DNA from: Bradymonadia bacterium
GTDB taxonomy: Bacteria; Myxococcota_A; Bradymonadia; UBA7976; UBA1532
Assembly (NCBI GenBank): GCA_049602795.1
Contig: JBMYRY010000001.1
Span: forward strand, 1-27,077
Length of the DNA: 27,077 nt
Direction of reading: 5' to 3'
Position numbers and translations under genes: made by a program. Of the stretch, positions 8,065 to 17,746 are shown piece by piece (the stretch's first letter is position 1; each line of letters opens with the position of its first letter). The notes below the pieces were generated by a model. That model did not search any database and was not told where the DNA came from. It saw nothing but the letters and a program-made list of their open reading frames with translations.

Positions 8065-9372
8065 ATGATGACGAACTACACCGCGCGACAACAAGCTCAA
8101 GAGGCTCGAAGTGCGAGTCGCGCACTCAACCAGCTTTCATCAAATGAGCGTGCACAACTCCTAAATGATGTCGCCAATGCACTCCTCACTCAACAGGCGC
8201 GAATTATATCTGCCAACCAAGAGGACCTTGCCGATGCTCAACAAGCGGTCAATGAAGGGCGTCTCGCGACCGAGTTATACAATAGGCTCAAGATTGACAG
8301 CGCTCGACTCGAATCGCTTGCTGAAGGCATTAGAAGTATTGCCAATATGCCAGAGCCCATTGGTCAAATTCTCGTTGATCGAGACCTTGGTGAAGGCCTG
8401 CATTTGCAACAAGTCTCAGCACCGCTCGGTGTTGTACTCGTCATTTTCGAAGCACGTCCAGACGCATTGCCACAAATTGCAGCGCTCGCGCTGCGAAGTG
8501 GAAATGGCTTGATTCTCAAAGGTGGTCGTGAAGCTCGACGATCCAATGCCGTGTTGCATGATGTAATCGGTGAAGCGATTGAGACCTTTGTACCGCGCAC
8601 CGTCATCGGTCTCGTCGAAACGAGAGAAGAAATTCATGACTTGCTCGCACTCGACGACGTGATTGATTTAGTCATCCCAAGAGGATCCAATGCGCTCGTC
8701 CAGATGATTCAATCAAACACCAAAATCCCCGTAATGGGGCATGCCGACGGCGTATGCCACATCTACTTGGATGAAAGTGCTACTCTGGCTCAAGCAGTCG
8801 CGATCATTAACGACTCCAAATTAGATTACCCGGCGGCATGCAACGCGGTTGAGACGCTTCTTGTCCATCGAAAATGGCTCGAACAATATACGTTTGAGGC
8901 ACTGCAAGACGGATGCGCCGCCATCCTATTCCGAACAGCAGGTATTGACCCAACGCTTGCACAACTACCTCAAGCACCCGCTCTACATCATGAATACGGA
9001 GATGCTCAGCTCACGATCCACATTGTAGATACCTTGGATGACGCAATCGACCACATTCATCAATACGGGTCCGGACACACGGAATCCATTATTACGAATG
9101 ACACTGAGAAGGCTGATACATTTCTGAAGCGCGTGGATAGCGCCTCGGTCTTTTGTAATGCCAGTACTCGATTCGCCGACGGCTATCGATACGGACTTGG
9201 AGCCGAAGTTGGCATCAGCACCTCCCGTCTCCATGCACGGGGACCGGTTGGCGTAGACGGTCTCCTCACCACACGTTGGCTGATGCGCGGTAACGGACAT
9301 ACGGTAGGCGCCATCAAACGAGGTGAATGGGTCTTTGACTGGCGAGAACGACACATCGAAAGGCGAGACTGA
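8065..9372 (+). CDS. proA: Gamma-glutamyl phosphate reductase (glutamate-5-semialdehyde dehydrogenase)
   Basis: Motifs [44 protein letters not shown], catalytic [17 protein letters not shown] and NASTRFADG...GAEVGIST...HARGPVG. SD-like AAGGA at 8050-8054. Confidence 0.96.
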   Translation: [435 protein letters not shown]

Positions 9373-9374
9373 CG

Positions 9375-12300
9375 ATGGCATCGGAACGTACATTGATTGA
9401 AGGATGGTCGCGTCAAGAGCAAGGCATCCTGAAAGAAATTGAGACTCATCTTGCCACTGTTGAAGAAATGGTCCTAAGCCCTACCCAGCTGAACCAGGCA
9501 ACGTCTATGATCGCTGGGCTATGTTTAGCATTATCAAAACACTTGGAAACGAAAGCTGAGAAGAAACAGAGCGACCAATTATCGCAGCTGATGAATGACG
9601 ACCTCGGACAATTATTTTCAACACTACTCACCGACCGTGTGCCACGCCTAGCCGATGGCGCCGATGTCACACGTCAAGCAAGAAACGTCCTATCGAAAAC
9701 CGGTGTCCCAGCTTCCATGCCACTGTTGGACCAATGTCAGTTGATGGGTCTGAAGATGTTTGGAACGGTAGCGCCAAAGCTCATTGGAAATGCCGTGCGA
9801 AAGCGAATCCGGAAGGAGGCACAGACCTTTCTCATGCCCGGAGAGCAGCAAGCATTGTCTGCCGGCGTTAAATCACTCAAAGCCTCCGGTGTGCAGGTCA
9901 ATGTGAATCAACTTGGTGAGGAGGTATTAGGCGATATCGAAGCACGAAAGCATATGGATGCTTATCTAGAACTTCTCAATACGGAAAGCATCGATACCAT
10001 TTCGGTCAAAAGTTCCTCCATCTGTGCCCAACTCTCAGTGCTGGCATTCGACACCTCGCTCCATCGCATTTGCGATGCACTTCGGGAATTGTATCGCGCA
10101 GCCCGCGGCGAAAATGGTCAGTCGGATAAACTTGTCATGCTTGATATGGAAGCTTATCGAGACCTCGAAATGACTTTCACTGCGTTTAAAACAGTTCTTG
10201 ATGAACCGGAGTTTCTATCATTAAAGGCAGGGATTGTCTTACAGGCATATTTGCCAGACTCACATGATGTACATCAAGGTCTGATTGAATGGGCTAAGGC
10301 ACGTCGAGCACGAGGCGGTTCGGCAATTCAACTCCGTCTCGTCAAAGGAGCGAATCTCGCCGTAGAGAAAATTGAATCGGACATTGCCGGCTGGTCTATC
10401 CCCATTTTCCCAAGCAAAACCGATGTGGACGCCAGCTTTAAATTGATGGTGGAACGAGCGCTCACCAGTGAACATCTATCAAATGTAAAGGTCGGTATTG
10501 CGAGTCATAATTTATTCGACGTGGCGTATGCGCTGTGCTTAACGAAGCAACGTCATCTCACCGAAGGAGTGCACTTTGAGGTTCTCTCGGGCATGGCTGG
10601 GGGACTGTCTCGGGTGTTGCTCGGACTCGGTTGTCGCGTATTGGTCTATAGTCCAGCGGTCACCGATGCAAACTTGCACGCAGCAGTGGCATACCTTGTT
10701 AGACGACTCGATGAAAATACAGCCGACCAAAACTTCCTGAGGCATAGCTTCAATATGAGCGTGGGTGATGACGCGTGGCTGAGCCAGGAGCGAGGATTTG
10801 TGGAGAGTCGAAAGCGGAGCCTCACTCTATCGCTCAAACGCAGACGTCGCAGCCGATTGGAGCCCGCCCGCGAAACTGCCGAAGGCTTTAGCAATGCTCC
10901 GGATACCGACTTTACGTTGCGTGAAAATCGGACATGGCTCGCGGAGAAAATCACCACTCAACACCAGGCATCCATCCGGACCATTCGTTCGTCCCATTAC
11001 GACGCAAGCGAGTCCCATGTTACTCGTGACGGATATGACCCATCTGCACCGAATAGCACACCGTATACGATAGAACTCGCAACGTGCGCCGAGTTGGAAC
11101 AGATGCTCACAACCGCCGCAGCATCGACATCATCATGGTCAACCACGAGCCCCGAAAAACGTGTCTCGCTCCTTCGAACGCTAGCCGACCACATCGAATT
11201 ACGTCGTGGCGAGATCATTGCAGCGCTCATGCTGGATGGGGGTAAAGCGGTCATTGATGCAGATGCTGAAGTCAGTGAGGCTATCGATTTTTGCCGGTAT
11301 TACGCCCATCGATATAACCGTCTCATGGCGGATGAGCAACATGCGTACACAGCACGCGGAGTGACCGTGGTCACGCCGCCCTGGAATTTCCCATTTGCGA
11401 TTCCTTTGGGGGGCGTTGCAGCTGCATTGGTGACCGGAAACCCGGTGATTCTTAAGCCAGCCATCGAAACCCCCTATATCGCTCACGTTTTGTTTGAGTT
11501 GTGCCAAAAGGCGGGCATCCCCGGAGGGATTCTTCAATTCGTCGTGACCGACGACGAGACCGCTACCCCTCTAATCACCGACTCAAGAGTAAAAACGGTG
11601 GTTCTAACTGGCGGAACATCGACTGCCCACCTGTTCAAACGGATTCGACCGGACCTTCACCTCCTGGCTGAAACGGGGGGTAAAAATGCCACGATTGTGA
11701 GTCACTTTGCTGATCAAGATCTCGCGATTAACGCCATCATACAAAGTGCGTTTGGTCACGCCGGTCAAAAATGTTCAGCAACCAGCCTGCTGATCATCAC
11801 GGATGCGCTGGCACAGGACTCGAGCTTCCGATCACACCTAATCGATGCCGCGAAGAGCATGAGTGTAGGTCCTGCTTGGTCTCTCGACGCTCGAGTGACA
11901 CCGCTCATCAATCCGCCACAAGGTGACCTCTTGAAGGCCCTAACGACGCTAGATGAGGGGGAATCTTGGTGGCTCGAACCCAAGGTGAGCCCGGAGAACC
12001 CTCGCCTCTGGAGCCCTGGTATCAAGGGCCCGGTGCAACCTGGTTCGTTCAGCCATCTTACTGAGTTTTTTGGCCCCGTACTCAGTGTGATGGTCGCGAA
12101 AGACCTCTCGCAGGCGATTGAATGGGCGAATGCAACCCCCTATGGTCTTACGGCAGGCTTTCATTCACTCGACGAAAGTGAACAACGACAATTCCTTGAA
12201 ACCATGAACGCCGGTAACCTATACGTCAATCGCACTACAACCGGTGCGATCGTTCAACGACAGCCCTTCGGCGGACGTAAAGCATCGTGCTTTGGACCCG

Positions 12301-12971
12301 GTGCAAAGGCGGGCGGACCAAACTACTTGAAAATGTTCGTGCACCAAAACCCGATCGGGGCTGCCTCCCTCGCCAATGGTCAGGTACACCCAATCCTACA
12401 CCGCCTTGTAGAGTCATGGCGTGCGCTCAGTTTCGAGCTCACCGCCGCAGCGCGCTTGTTTTCAGACGAGATTACCCAGTTGAACAGGCGATACGACCCT
12501 TGCCAGATCTCGGGTCAAGACAACCTGTTCCGTTATCAGTTTTCACTGCGAGTCCTCGTGCTCGCCTTTGAGGGATTCGATCCAATAGACCTCGCACGCG
12601 TGCACCTAGCCCTTGCCATATGCGGAAATCCATACCAAATTATCATCGCAGGTCAACCAAGCTATTCAAATGCGGTTCAACTTCGCCACGTGCTATCAAA
12701 TGATCTACTCGACACACCGTGGGACGCCGCGATCGACGCCAAGCAACACGACCACATTCGCATTCTAGGAACTCCACCAGAGACACTCTACAACCGTTCA
12801 ACCTCTGCGCGCTGCATCGACAACACACCAGTCTGTCATGGGATAGAGGAACTCAGAAAGTACACAGTAGAACAAAGCATCTCACTTGACTATCACCGCT
12901 ATGGGCATCTCGGTCTGCGCGAAAAGTCTTTAGAGTCGGTCGTCGGTACGGTTACGCCATTCGCTCCATAG
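9375..12971 (+). CDS. putA: Bifunctional proline dehydrogenase / L-glutamate gamma-semialdehyde dehydrogenase (PutA); no N-terminal DNA-binding domain recognised
   Basis: PRODH motifs LDMEAYRDL, GIVLQAYLPDS, RLVKGANL, ASHNLFD and YLVRRLDEN. ALDH motifs PWNFP, ETGGKN, catalytic GQKCSA, EFFGP, YGLTAG and QPFGG. Confidence 0.95.
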   Translation: MASERTLIEGWSRQEQGILKEIETHLATVEEMVLSPTQLNQATSMIAGLCLALSKHLETKAEKKQSDQLSQLMNDDLGQLFSTLLTDRVPRLADGADVTRQARNVLSKTGVPASMPLLDQCQLMGLKMFGTVAPKLIGNAVRKRIRKEAQTFLMPGEQQALSAGVKSLKASGVQVNVNQLGEEVLGDIEARKHMDAYLELLNTESIDTISVKSSSICAQLSVLAFDTSLHRICDALRELYRAARGENGQSDKLVMLDMEAYRDLEMTFTAFKTVLDEPEFLSLKAGIVLQAYLPDSHDVHQGLIEWAKARRARGGSAIQLRLVKGANLAVEKIESDIAGWSIPIFPSKTDVDASFKLMVERALTSEHLSNVKVGIASHNLFDVAYALCLTKQRHLTEGVHFEVLSGMAGGLSRVLLGLGCRVLVYSPAVTDANLHAAVAYLVRRLDENTADQNFLRHSFNMSVGDDAWLSQERGFVESRKRSLTLSLKRRRRSRLEPARETAEGFSNAPDTDFTLRENRTWLAEKITTQHQASIRTIRSSHYDASESHVTRDGYDPSAPNSTPYTIELATCAELEQMLTTAAASTSSWSTTSPEKRVSLLRTLADHIELRRGEIIAALMLDGGKAVIDADAEVSEAIDFCRYYAHRYNRLMADEQHAYTARGVTVVTPPWNFPFAIPLGGVAAALVTGNPVILKPAIETPYIAHVLFELCQKAGIPGGILQFVVTDDETATPLITDSRVKTVVLTGGTSTAHLFKRIRPDLHLLAETGGKNATIVSHFADQDLAINAIIQSAFGHAGQKCSATSLLIITDALAQDSSFRSHLIDAAKSMSVGPAWSLDARVTPLINPPQGDLLKALTTLDEGESWWLEPKVSPENPRLWSPGIKGPVQPGSFSHLTEFFGPVLSVMVAKDLSQAIEWANATPYGLTAGFHSLDESEQRQFLETMNAGNLYVNRTTTGAIVQRQPFGGRKASCFGPGAKAGGPNYLKMFVHQNPIGAASLANGQVHPILHRLVESWRALSFELTAAARLFSDEITQLNRRYDPCQISGQDNLFRYQFSLRVLVLAFEGFDPIDLARVHLALAICGNPYQIIIAGQPSYSNAVQLRHVLSNDLLDTPWDAAIDAKQHDHIRILGTPPETLYNRSTSARCIDNTPVCHGIEELRKYTVEQSISLDYHRYGHLGLREKSLESVVGTVTPFAP

Positions 12972-13135
12972 CGCCCCCTCCCATCCAAGAAGGGCTACCT
13001 TGAGAACCATGAATATCGCAAATTATGTGATCAAGTAGGCTCAGTCTGTTATCTTTTGCCAATGGTTGATGCATCATCGTAGCATTCACTTACGCGGATG
13101 AACATTGACGAACCGACCAAGAACAGGGGGTATGG

Positions 13136-15655
13136 TTGAGGACGAAAAATATACAACTCTTTCTCTTGTCGTTTGCACTTAGTTTTAGCGCATGTAGTGA
13201 ACTACCTGATGTTCAAGGAGACCGGCAGTTTGGGGGCGAAGATGGATCAATTACTCCCCAGCAATTCGATGGAAGCACGGGGGATCAAGGCATCATGCCG
13301 ACCCAGGATGCTCAGGTCATTCACGAATGGAACACGCGCACCGTTTTCGAAGCGCTAGAGCCTATGTGCGGTGTTTGTCACGGAGAAGGACAAAGTAGTC
13401 CTTACTTTGCTAGTCTCTCGAATTTTGTCGATACCATCGTCGCGGATGAGAACTACATCGTACTCGGCGAGCCCGATAGTAGCGAACTCCTTACCTTGCT
13501 AGACGGAAGTTTCGACGGTCCCCTGTCACAAATGCCACCGTCAGGTGACACGTATTTCTCACGCATCGAGGGCGATTTAACGAAGCCAGACCTTGAAGAC
13601 TTGCGCGGTTGGATTGAAAGACTGACGTCGCTGCCGACCATTGACGATCAACGTACATGCGCAACGATACATGCACCGAAATTGCTCCACCGATTGAATC
13701 GACTTGAATATAATCGTTCTGTTCAAACACTGCTCGAAACAACTCAACTACCGGCAAACGACTTTCCGTCTGAAGACCAGAGCTTTGGTTTTGACAATAT
13801 CGCCCAGGCGCTGGCCGTAAGTCCGCTTCTTGTGGAGAAATATGACCTCGCCGCGCAGGCACTCGCTGAAGAGGCCCTACCTACCCCAAGTGCCCGACGA
13901 CAAACTTACTTCTTCGAAGCTGAGAGTGAAATGACCGCCTCAACAGGTGGTCCTTCCGGCGAAGGATGGAATCTATGGTCTAACGGCAGTCTGACAGCGA
14001 ACGTCAATCTGCCTGCACCAGGACGCTACCAAATCGTGGCATTTGCACGGCAACAGCAGGCCGGTCCTGATCCTGCACAAGCACGATTTACAATTGATGG
14101 ACAAGGCGTTTACACATTCAATGTGAGCGACACTGAGCGGCAAGAATATCGGTTTGAAAACATTAATATTGAGGCAGGTTTTCACATCATCGGCATCGAA
14201 TTCCTCAACGACTATTACTGCCCCCAAATGCGATTTGACAACGGTCAATGCGGCAACGGCAACCCTGCACTCATAGGAGACCGAAATCTCATCGTCGATT
14301 GGGTGTCGCTCGAAGGACCACTCGACGGACAACCTGTTCAAAGCCGTTTTGCAGACACCTTCCTACAGAACTGCGACCTCACCACGGGTCCGAATGCCCA
14401 CACGTGTGCTCGAGATGCTGTCGATCGATTTGCACGCTTCGCTTGGCGCCGCCCGATCACCCAGAACGAATCTGATAGATTATGGACACTTGCGAGCGCC
14501 GAATTTGACCAAGAAAACGGTCTTACAAATGGTCTGCGACAAGCACTTCATGCCATTCTCTTGTCACCCCATTTTCTGTTTAGAGTGGAACAAGCCGGGG
14601 CACCGGGTAGCCCGTTAAATGGATACGAAAGAGCAACTCGCCTCTCGATGTTCTTATGGCGCACCACACCATCAGAGGCATTGCTCGACCAAGCTGCGGA
14701 CGGCATCCTCGACACGCCTGAGGGCGTCGCCGAGGTCGCGTCAGCAATGTTCGACGACGCGATTCCCATGATGGATGACCTTGCCAACCAATGGCTACTT
14801 TTGCATCAAGCCCGCCTGGTGGATCCAGATTATGCGCTCTTCCCTGATTTTGATGAAGCACTCCGCGATAGCATGGTGACCGAAACCACCCTTCTATTCC
14901 GCACACTCTTTGTTGAGAACCGACCTCTCCTGGATTTAGTGAATGCTGACTTCACCTTTATCGATGAGCGACTTGCAGCACATTATGACCTGCCAGCGCC
15001 AACCAGCCGCTCATTTGAACGGATAGACCTACCCGCTGGCAACCGGAAAGGCGTGTTAACCCATGCGTCATGGCTGTCGGCAACGTCCCAACGCACCCGA
15101 ACCTCGCCAGTCAAACGCGGAAAATGGGTGTTAGAGGAATTATTATGTGCTGCACCACCACCGCCACCACCGAGCGTAGAAGGGCTACCGGAGGATGTAG
15201 ACCAGAATGCCTCGCTGAGAGAAAGATTGGAACAGCACCGAGCTGACCCTGAATGTGCGACGTGCCATACCCACATGGACGCTGCAGGGTTTGGTCTGGA
15301 ACAATTCGATGCGATTGGCGAATTTAGGACGCACGATGGAGATGACCTAATCGAGCCCACCGGGGCATTGAATGATGGGACACCATTCTCAAGCGCAATC
15401 GAAATGGCTGATGCAATTCGTCGTCACCCCGATCTCGGACCATGTCTCACCAATAAAATCCTGATCTATGCCCTCGGTAGGGGGCTAGAGGACAATGAGT
15501 TCTGTTTCGTTGACGATATTAGCAACCAAGCTGCCCGTGATAACTATGAGACCCGCTCTCTGATTAACGCAATTGTTCAAAGCCCTCTGTTTTTGAATCG
15601 CGGCGAAAACCAATCAGAAGCCAGTCAAATGAGCGACGAGGAGAATGACCAATGA
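13136..15655 (+). CDS. DUF1592-family (DUF1587/1595/1592/1588/1585) lipoprotein with an N-terminal cytochrome c-like domain and an inserted CBM-like beta-sandwich
   Basis: TTG start after AGGGGG. Lipobox LSFSA-C. CGVCH at 13367-13381 followed by GEPDSSEL...QMPP. Family motifs RLNRLEYNRSV, FARFAWRRP, LLSPHFLFR, RLSMFLW, RTSPVKRGKWVLEELLC, CATCH (15254-15268) and YALGR. The insert ends in EFLNDY...GDRNLIVD. Confidence 0.88.
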   Translation: MRTKNIQLFLLSFALSFSACSELPDVQGDRQFGGEDGSITPQQFDGSTGDQGIMPTQDAQVIHEWNTRTVFEALEPMCGVCHGEGQSSPYFASLSNFVDTIVADENYIVLGEPDSSELLTLLDGSFDGPLSQMPPSGDTYFSRIEGDLTKPDLEDLRGWIERLTSLPTIDDQRTCATIHAPKLLHRLNRLEYNRSVQTLLETTQLPANDFPSEDQSFGFDNIAQALAVSPLLVEKYDLAAQALAEEALPTPSARRQTYFFEAESEMTASTGGPSGEGWNLWSNGSLTANVNLPAPGRYQIVAFARQQQAGPDPAQARFTIDGQGVYTFNVSDTERQEYRFENINIEAGFHIIGIEFLNDYYCPQMRFDNGQCGNGNPALIGDRNLIVDWVSLEGPLDGQPVQSRFADTFLQNCDLTTGPNAHTCARDAVDRFARFAWRRPITQNESDRLWTLASAEFDQENGLTNGLRQALHAILLSPHFLFRVEQAGAPGSPLNGYERATRLSMFLWRTTPSEALLDQAADGILDTPEGVAEVASAMFDDAIPMMDDLANQWLLLHQARLVDPDYALFPDFDEALRDSMVTETTLLFRTLFVENRPLLDLVNADFTFIDERLAAHYDLPAPTSRSFERIDLPAGNRKGVLTHASWLSATSQRTRTSPVKRGKWVLEELLCAAPPPPPPSVEGLPEDVDQNASLRERLEQHRADPECATCHTHMDAAGFGLEQFDAIGEFRTHDGDDLIEPTGALNDGTPFSSAIEMADAIRRHPDLGPCLTNKILIYALGRGLEDNEFCFVDDISNQAARDNYETRSLINAIVQSPLFLNRGENQSEASQMSDEENDQ

Positions 15656-17049
15656 GCAAGAATAACTCACGCGGCCCCTTGATTCGCGGTTTTGACACTG
15701 GTTTATCTCGACGAACCTTTCTTTGGGGTGCGGGTGCAACCCTGGCACTACCATGGCTTGAGGCGATACGCGCTCCGGGCTTCATCAAGGGTGCTCGGGC
15801 ACAAACGCCTATGCTCACAAAACGCTTTCTCGGTTTCTATACGCCCTGCGGCTTCAATATGAATGAGTTTTGGCCCAACAGTGTCGGTGCACTGAGCAAT
15901 GCGACACTCACGGGTACATCTCTTGAAGGTTTAATCCCTCATCTCAATGAGATTCTGGTGATTCGTGGACTAGACAATCACGCCGGTTCAGCGCAAGGGG
16001 ACGGTCCAGGTGACCATGCACGAGGCACAGCCACATTTCTTACTTGTGTGCACCCTTACAAGCATGCTTCCGACGTACGTATTGGTCCATCAATAGACCA
16101 ACATATTGCACGCTTCTACGAAGCCGAAACTCGATTCGCGTCCGTGGAAATTGGATGTGAAGGCGGTGGTAATGAAAATGCCTGCGACTCGGGATACAGT
16201 TGCGCATACAGTCGAAACATTGCGTGGCGTGATGCTCAAACACCGCTGCCCAAGGAAACCAGTCCGCGACTCCTCTTTCAGCGTTTATTTGGTACCGTTG
16301 ATCCAAATGCAACGCCTGAAGCCATCGCGAACCGAAGGCGACAGCGGCGAAGTGTTCTAGACTTTGTTTTGGCAGATGCAAACCAACTCAGTCAATCGAT
16401 GGGACATGCTGACAGAGTTCGACTCGAATCTTATATGGATGGCATTCGCACGATCGAACAACGCATTGAATCGAGTGAGCAGGATACATCTCAGTGCGGC
16501 AGCGACCTTACGCCGCCAACATCAGCGCCCGCGGACCGAGCGGCCTATGCTGCATTGATGCTCGATATTCTCGTAGAGGCAATGCGATGCGACCTGACCC
16601 GCGTCGGCACATTTATGCTCGGCAATGGTGGCAGTAATCGCTCCCATACTGAAATCGGAATTTCACAAGGGCATCATGAGTTGTCACACCATCAAAATGA
16701 CGCGACGACTCTTAACCGGATCGCCCAAATTGATCGATGGGAAGTGGGTATGCTCGCAGCGCTATTGGATCGAATGAAATCGGTTGATATGGGTGGTCAC
16801 AGTCTTTTAGATGAAACCACCCTCTACTTTTCTAGCGAAATTGAAGATGGCAACGCACATCGGCATTACAACTTGCCTATCGTCGTCGCTGGACGCTCAG
16901 GTGGACTCACAAATGGCCGATTTGTAGATGTGAGTGGTGCGCAACAAAACAACGCCCCCGTCGCTGATCTCTTCCTGAGGTTTGCTCATGATGTCGGCGT
17001 CACACTGCCCGCATTCGGAGACGACGGCACAGCACCGCTTAACGTGTAA
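15652..17049 (+). CDS. DUF1552 (HXXSHH family) Tat-exported protein
   Basis: Twin-arginine signal LSRRTFLWGAGATLALPWLE, motifs SIDQHIA, CDLTRVGT, HELSHH (16675-16692), LLDETTLYFSSE and HRHYNLP...G. ATGA overlap with the DUF1592 gene, which is the usual partner. Confidence 0.92.
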   Translation: MSKNNSRGPLIRGFDTGLSRRTFLWGAGATLALPWLEAIRAPGFIKGARAQTPMLTKRFLGFYTPCGFNMNEFWPNSVGALSNATLTGTSLEGLIPHLNEILVIRGLDNHAGSAQGDGPGDHARGTATFLTCVHPYKHASDVRIGPSIDQHIARFYEAETRFASVEIGCEGGGNENACDSGYSCAYSRNIAWRDAQTPLPKETSPRLLFQRLFGTVDPNATPEAIANRRRQRRSVLDFVLADANQLSQSMGHADRVRLESYMDGIRTIEQRIESSEQDTSQCGSDLTPPTSAPADRAAYAALMLDILVEAMRCDLTRVGTFMLGNGGSNRSHTEIGISQGHHELSHHQNDATTLNRIAQIDRWEVGMLAALLDRMKSVDMGGHSLLDETTLYFSSEIEDGNAHRHYNLPIVVAGRSGGLTNGRFVDVSGAQQNNAPVADLFLRFAHDVGVTLPAFGDDGTAPLNV

Positions 17050-17078
17050 TCCAAGATTTCGACACCCGATGTAATCTA

Positions 17079-17519
17079 TCAAACAGACGCGGACACATCG
17101 TCAGGCGGTATCGCGTACGTCATGGTTGCATGGGCAACACACGCCTCCCCCATCTCATCGGTGAACAACCGAACTTCTCCCACACTCAGCTTTTTGCCCA
17201 GCTTCAAAATGGTTGCTTCGGCAGATAACGTGCGCCCACTAGGTCGACGTAAAAAGTTAATCGTTGCATTCGTCGTGACACTCAGAAGTTTTGGACCAAC
17301 CATTGCCAAGGTTGCGAGATAAAATGCACAATCGGCCATCAGAAACATCGTTGGACCTGAAACCGTCTCGCCAGGGCGCAGATGTTGTTGATCGATAGTC
17401 ATCTTGATGACAGTTCGCATGGGCGACACCTCGACTAAGGTGATCTGCTCACTGGCTTGTGGGAAATTCTCGATGACTGAGATTAATTCGTCCGCGGTCA
17501 TTTTCAACTTTTGCACCAT
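17079..17519 (-). CDS. PaaI-like hotdog-fold thioesterase
   Basis: Motifs HLRPGETVSGPTMFLMAD, SVTTNATINFLRRP and ILKLGKKLSVGEV. Start re-called at ATG 17519, which has GGGAG upstream; the ORF track extends the frame to 17567. Confidence 0.88.
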   Translation of the reverse strand: MVQKLKMTADELISVIENFPQASEQITLVEVSPMRTVIKMTIDQQHLRPGETVSGPTMFLMADCAFYLATLAMVGPKLLSVTTNATINFLRRPSGRTLSAEATILKLGKKLSVGEVRLFTDEMGEACVAHATMTYAIPPDDVSASV

Positions 17520-17746
17520 TTGCTCATGCTCCCAATTACTGCTTGCAGTCCCACGTCTCCCAAGCACTCTGGCAAAAACACTACCAGACTGTTTTCGAAC
17601 AACCTATGAAAACGCCTCCTGATTCGCGACGAAAAGAATCGAACTGAACACTTTAACGACATCCGCAAGATCCGATTACGTCTTGATCTGTAAGAAACCA
17701 GAAATGCCTCGTCTAGTAGGGCAGATGACTTATAGGAGTTAAGGTG

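Noticed and set aside
12972-13010. Possible terminator after putA (also sought after 7757 and at the convergent junctions 17049/17079 and 17944/17951)
   Set aside because: Only weak stems were found, with no U-tract, so no intrinsic terminator can be supported.
13067-13076. Perfect palindrome TGATGCATCA upstream of the DUF1592 gene
   Set aside because: About 25 perfect 10-bp palindromes are expected by chance in 27 kb, and there is no second copy or other support.
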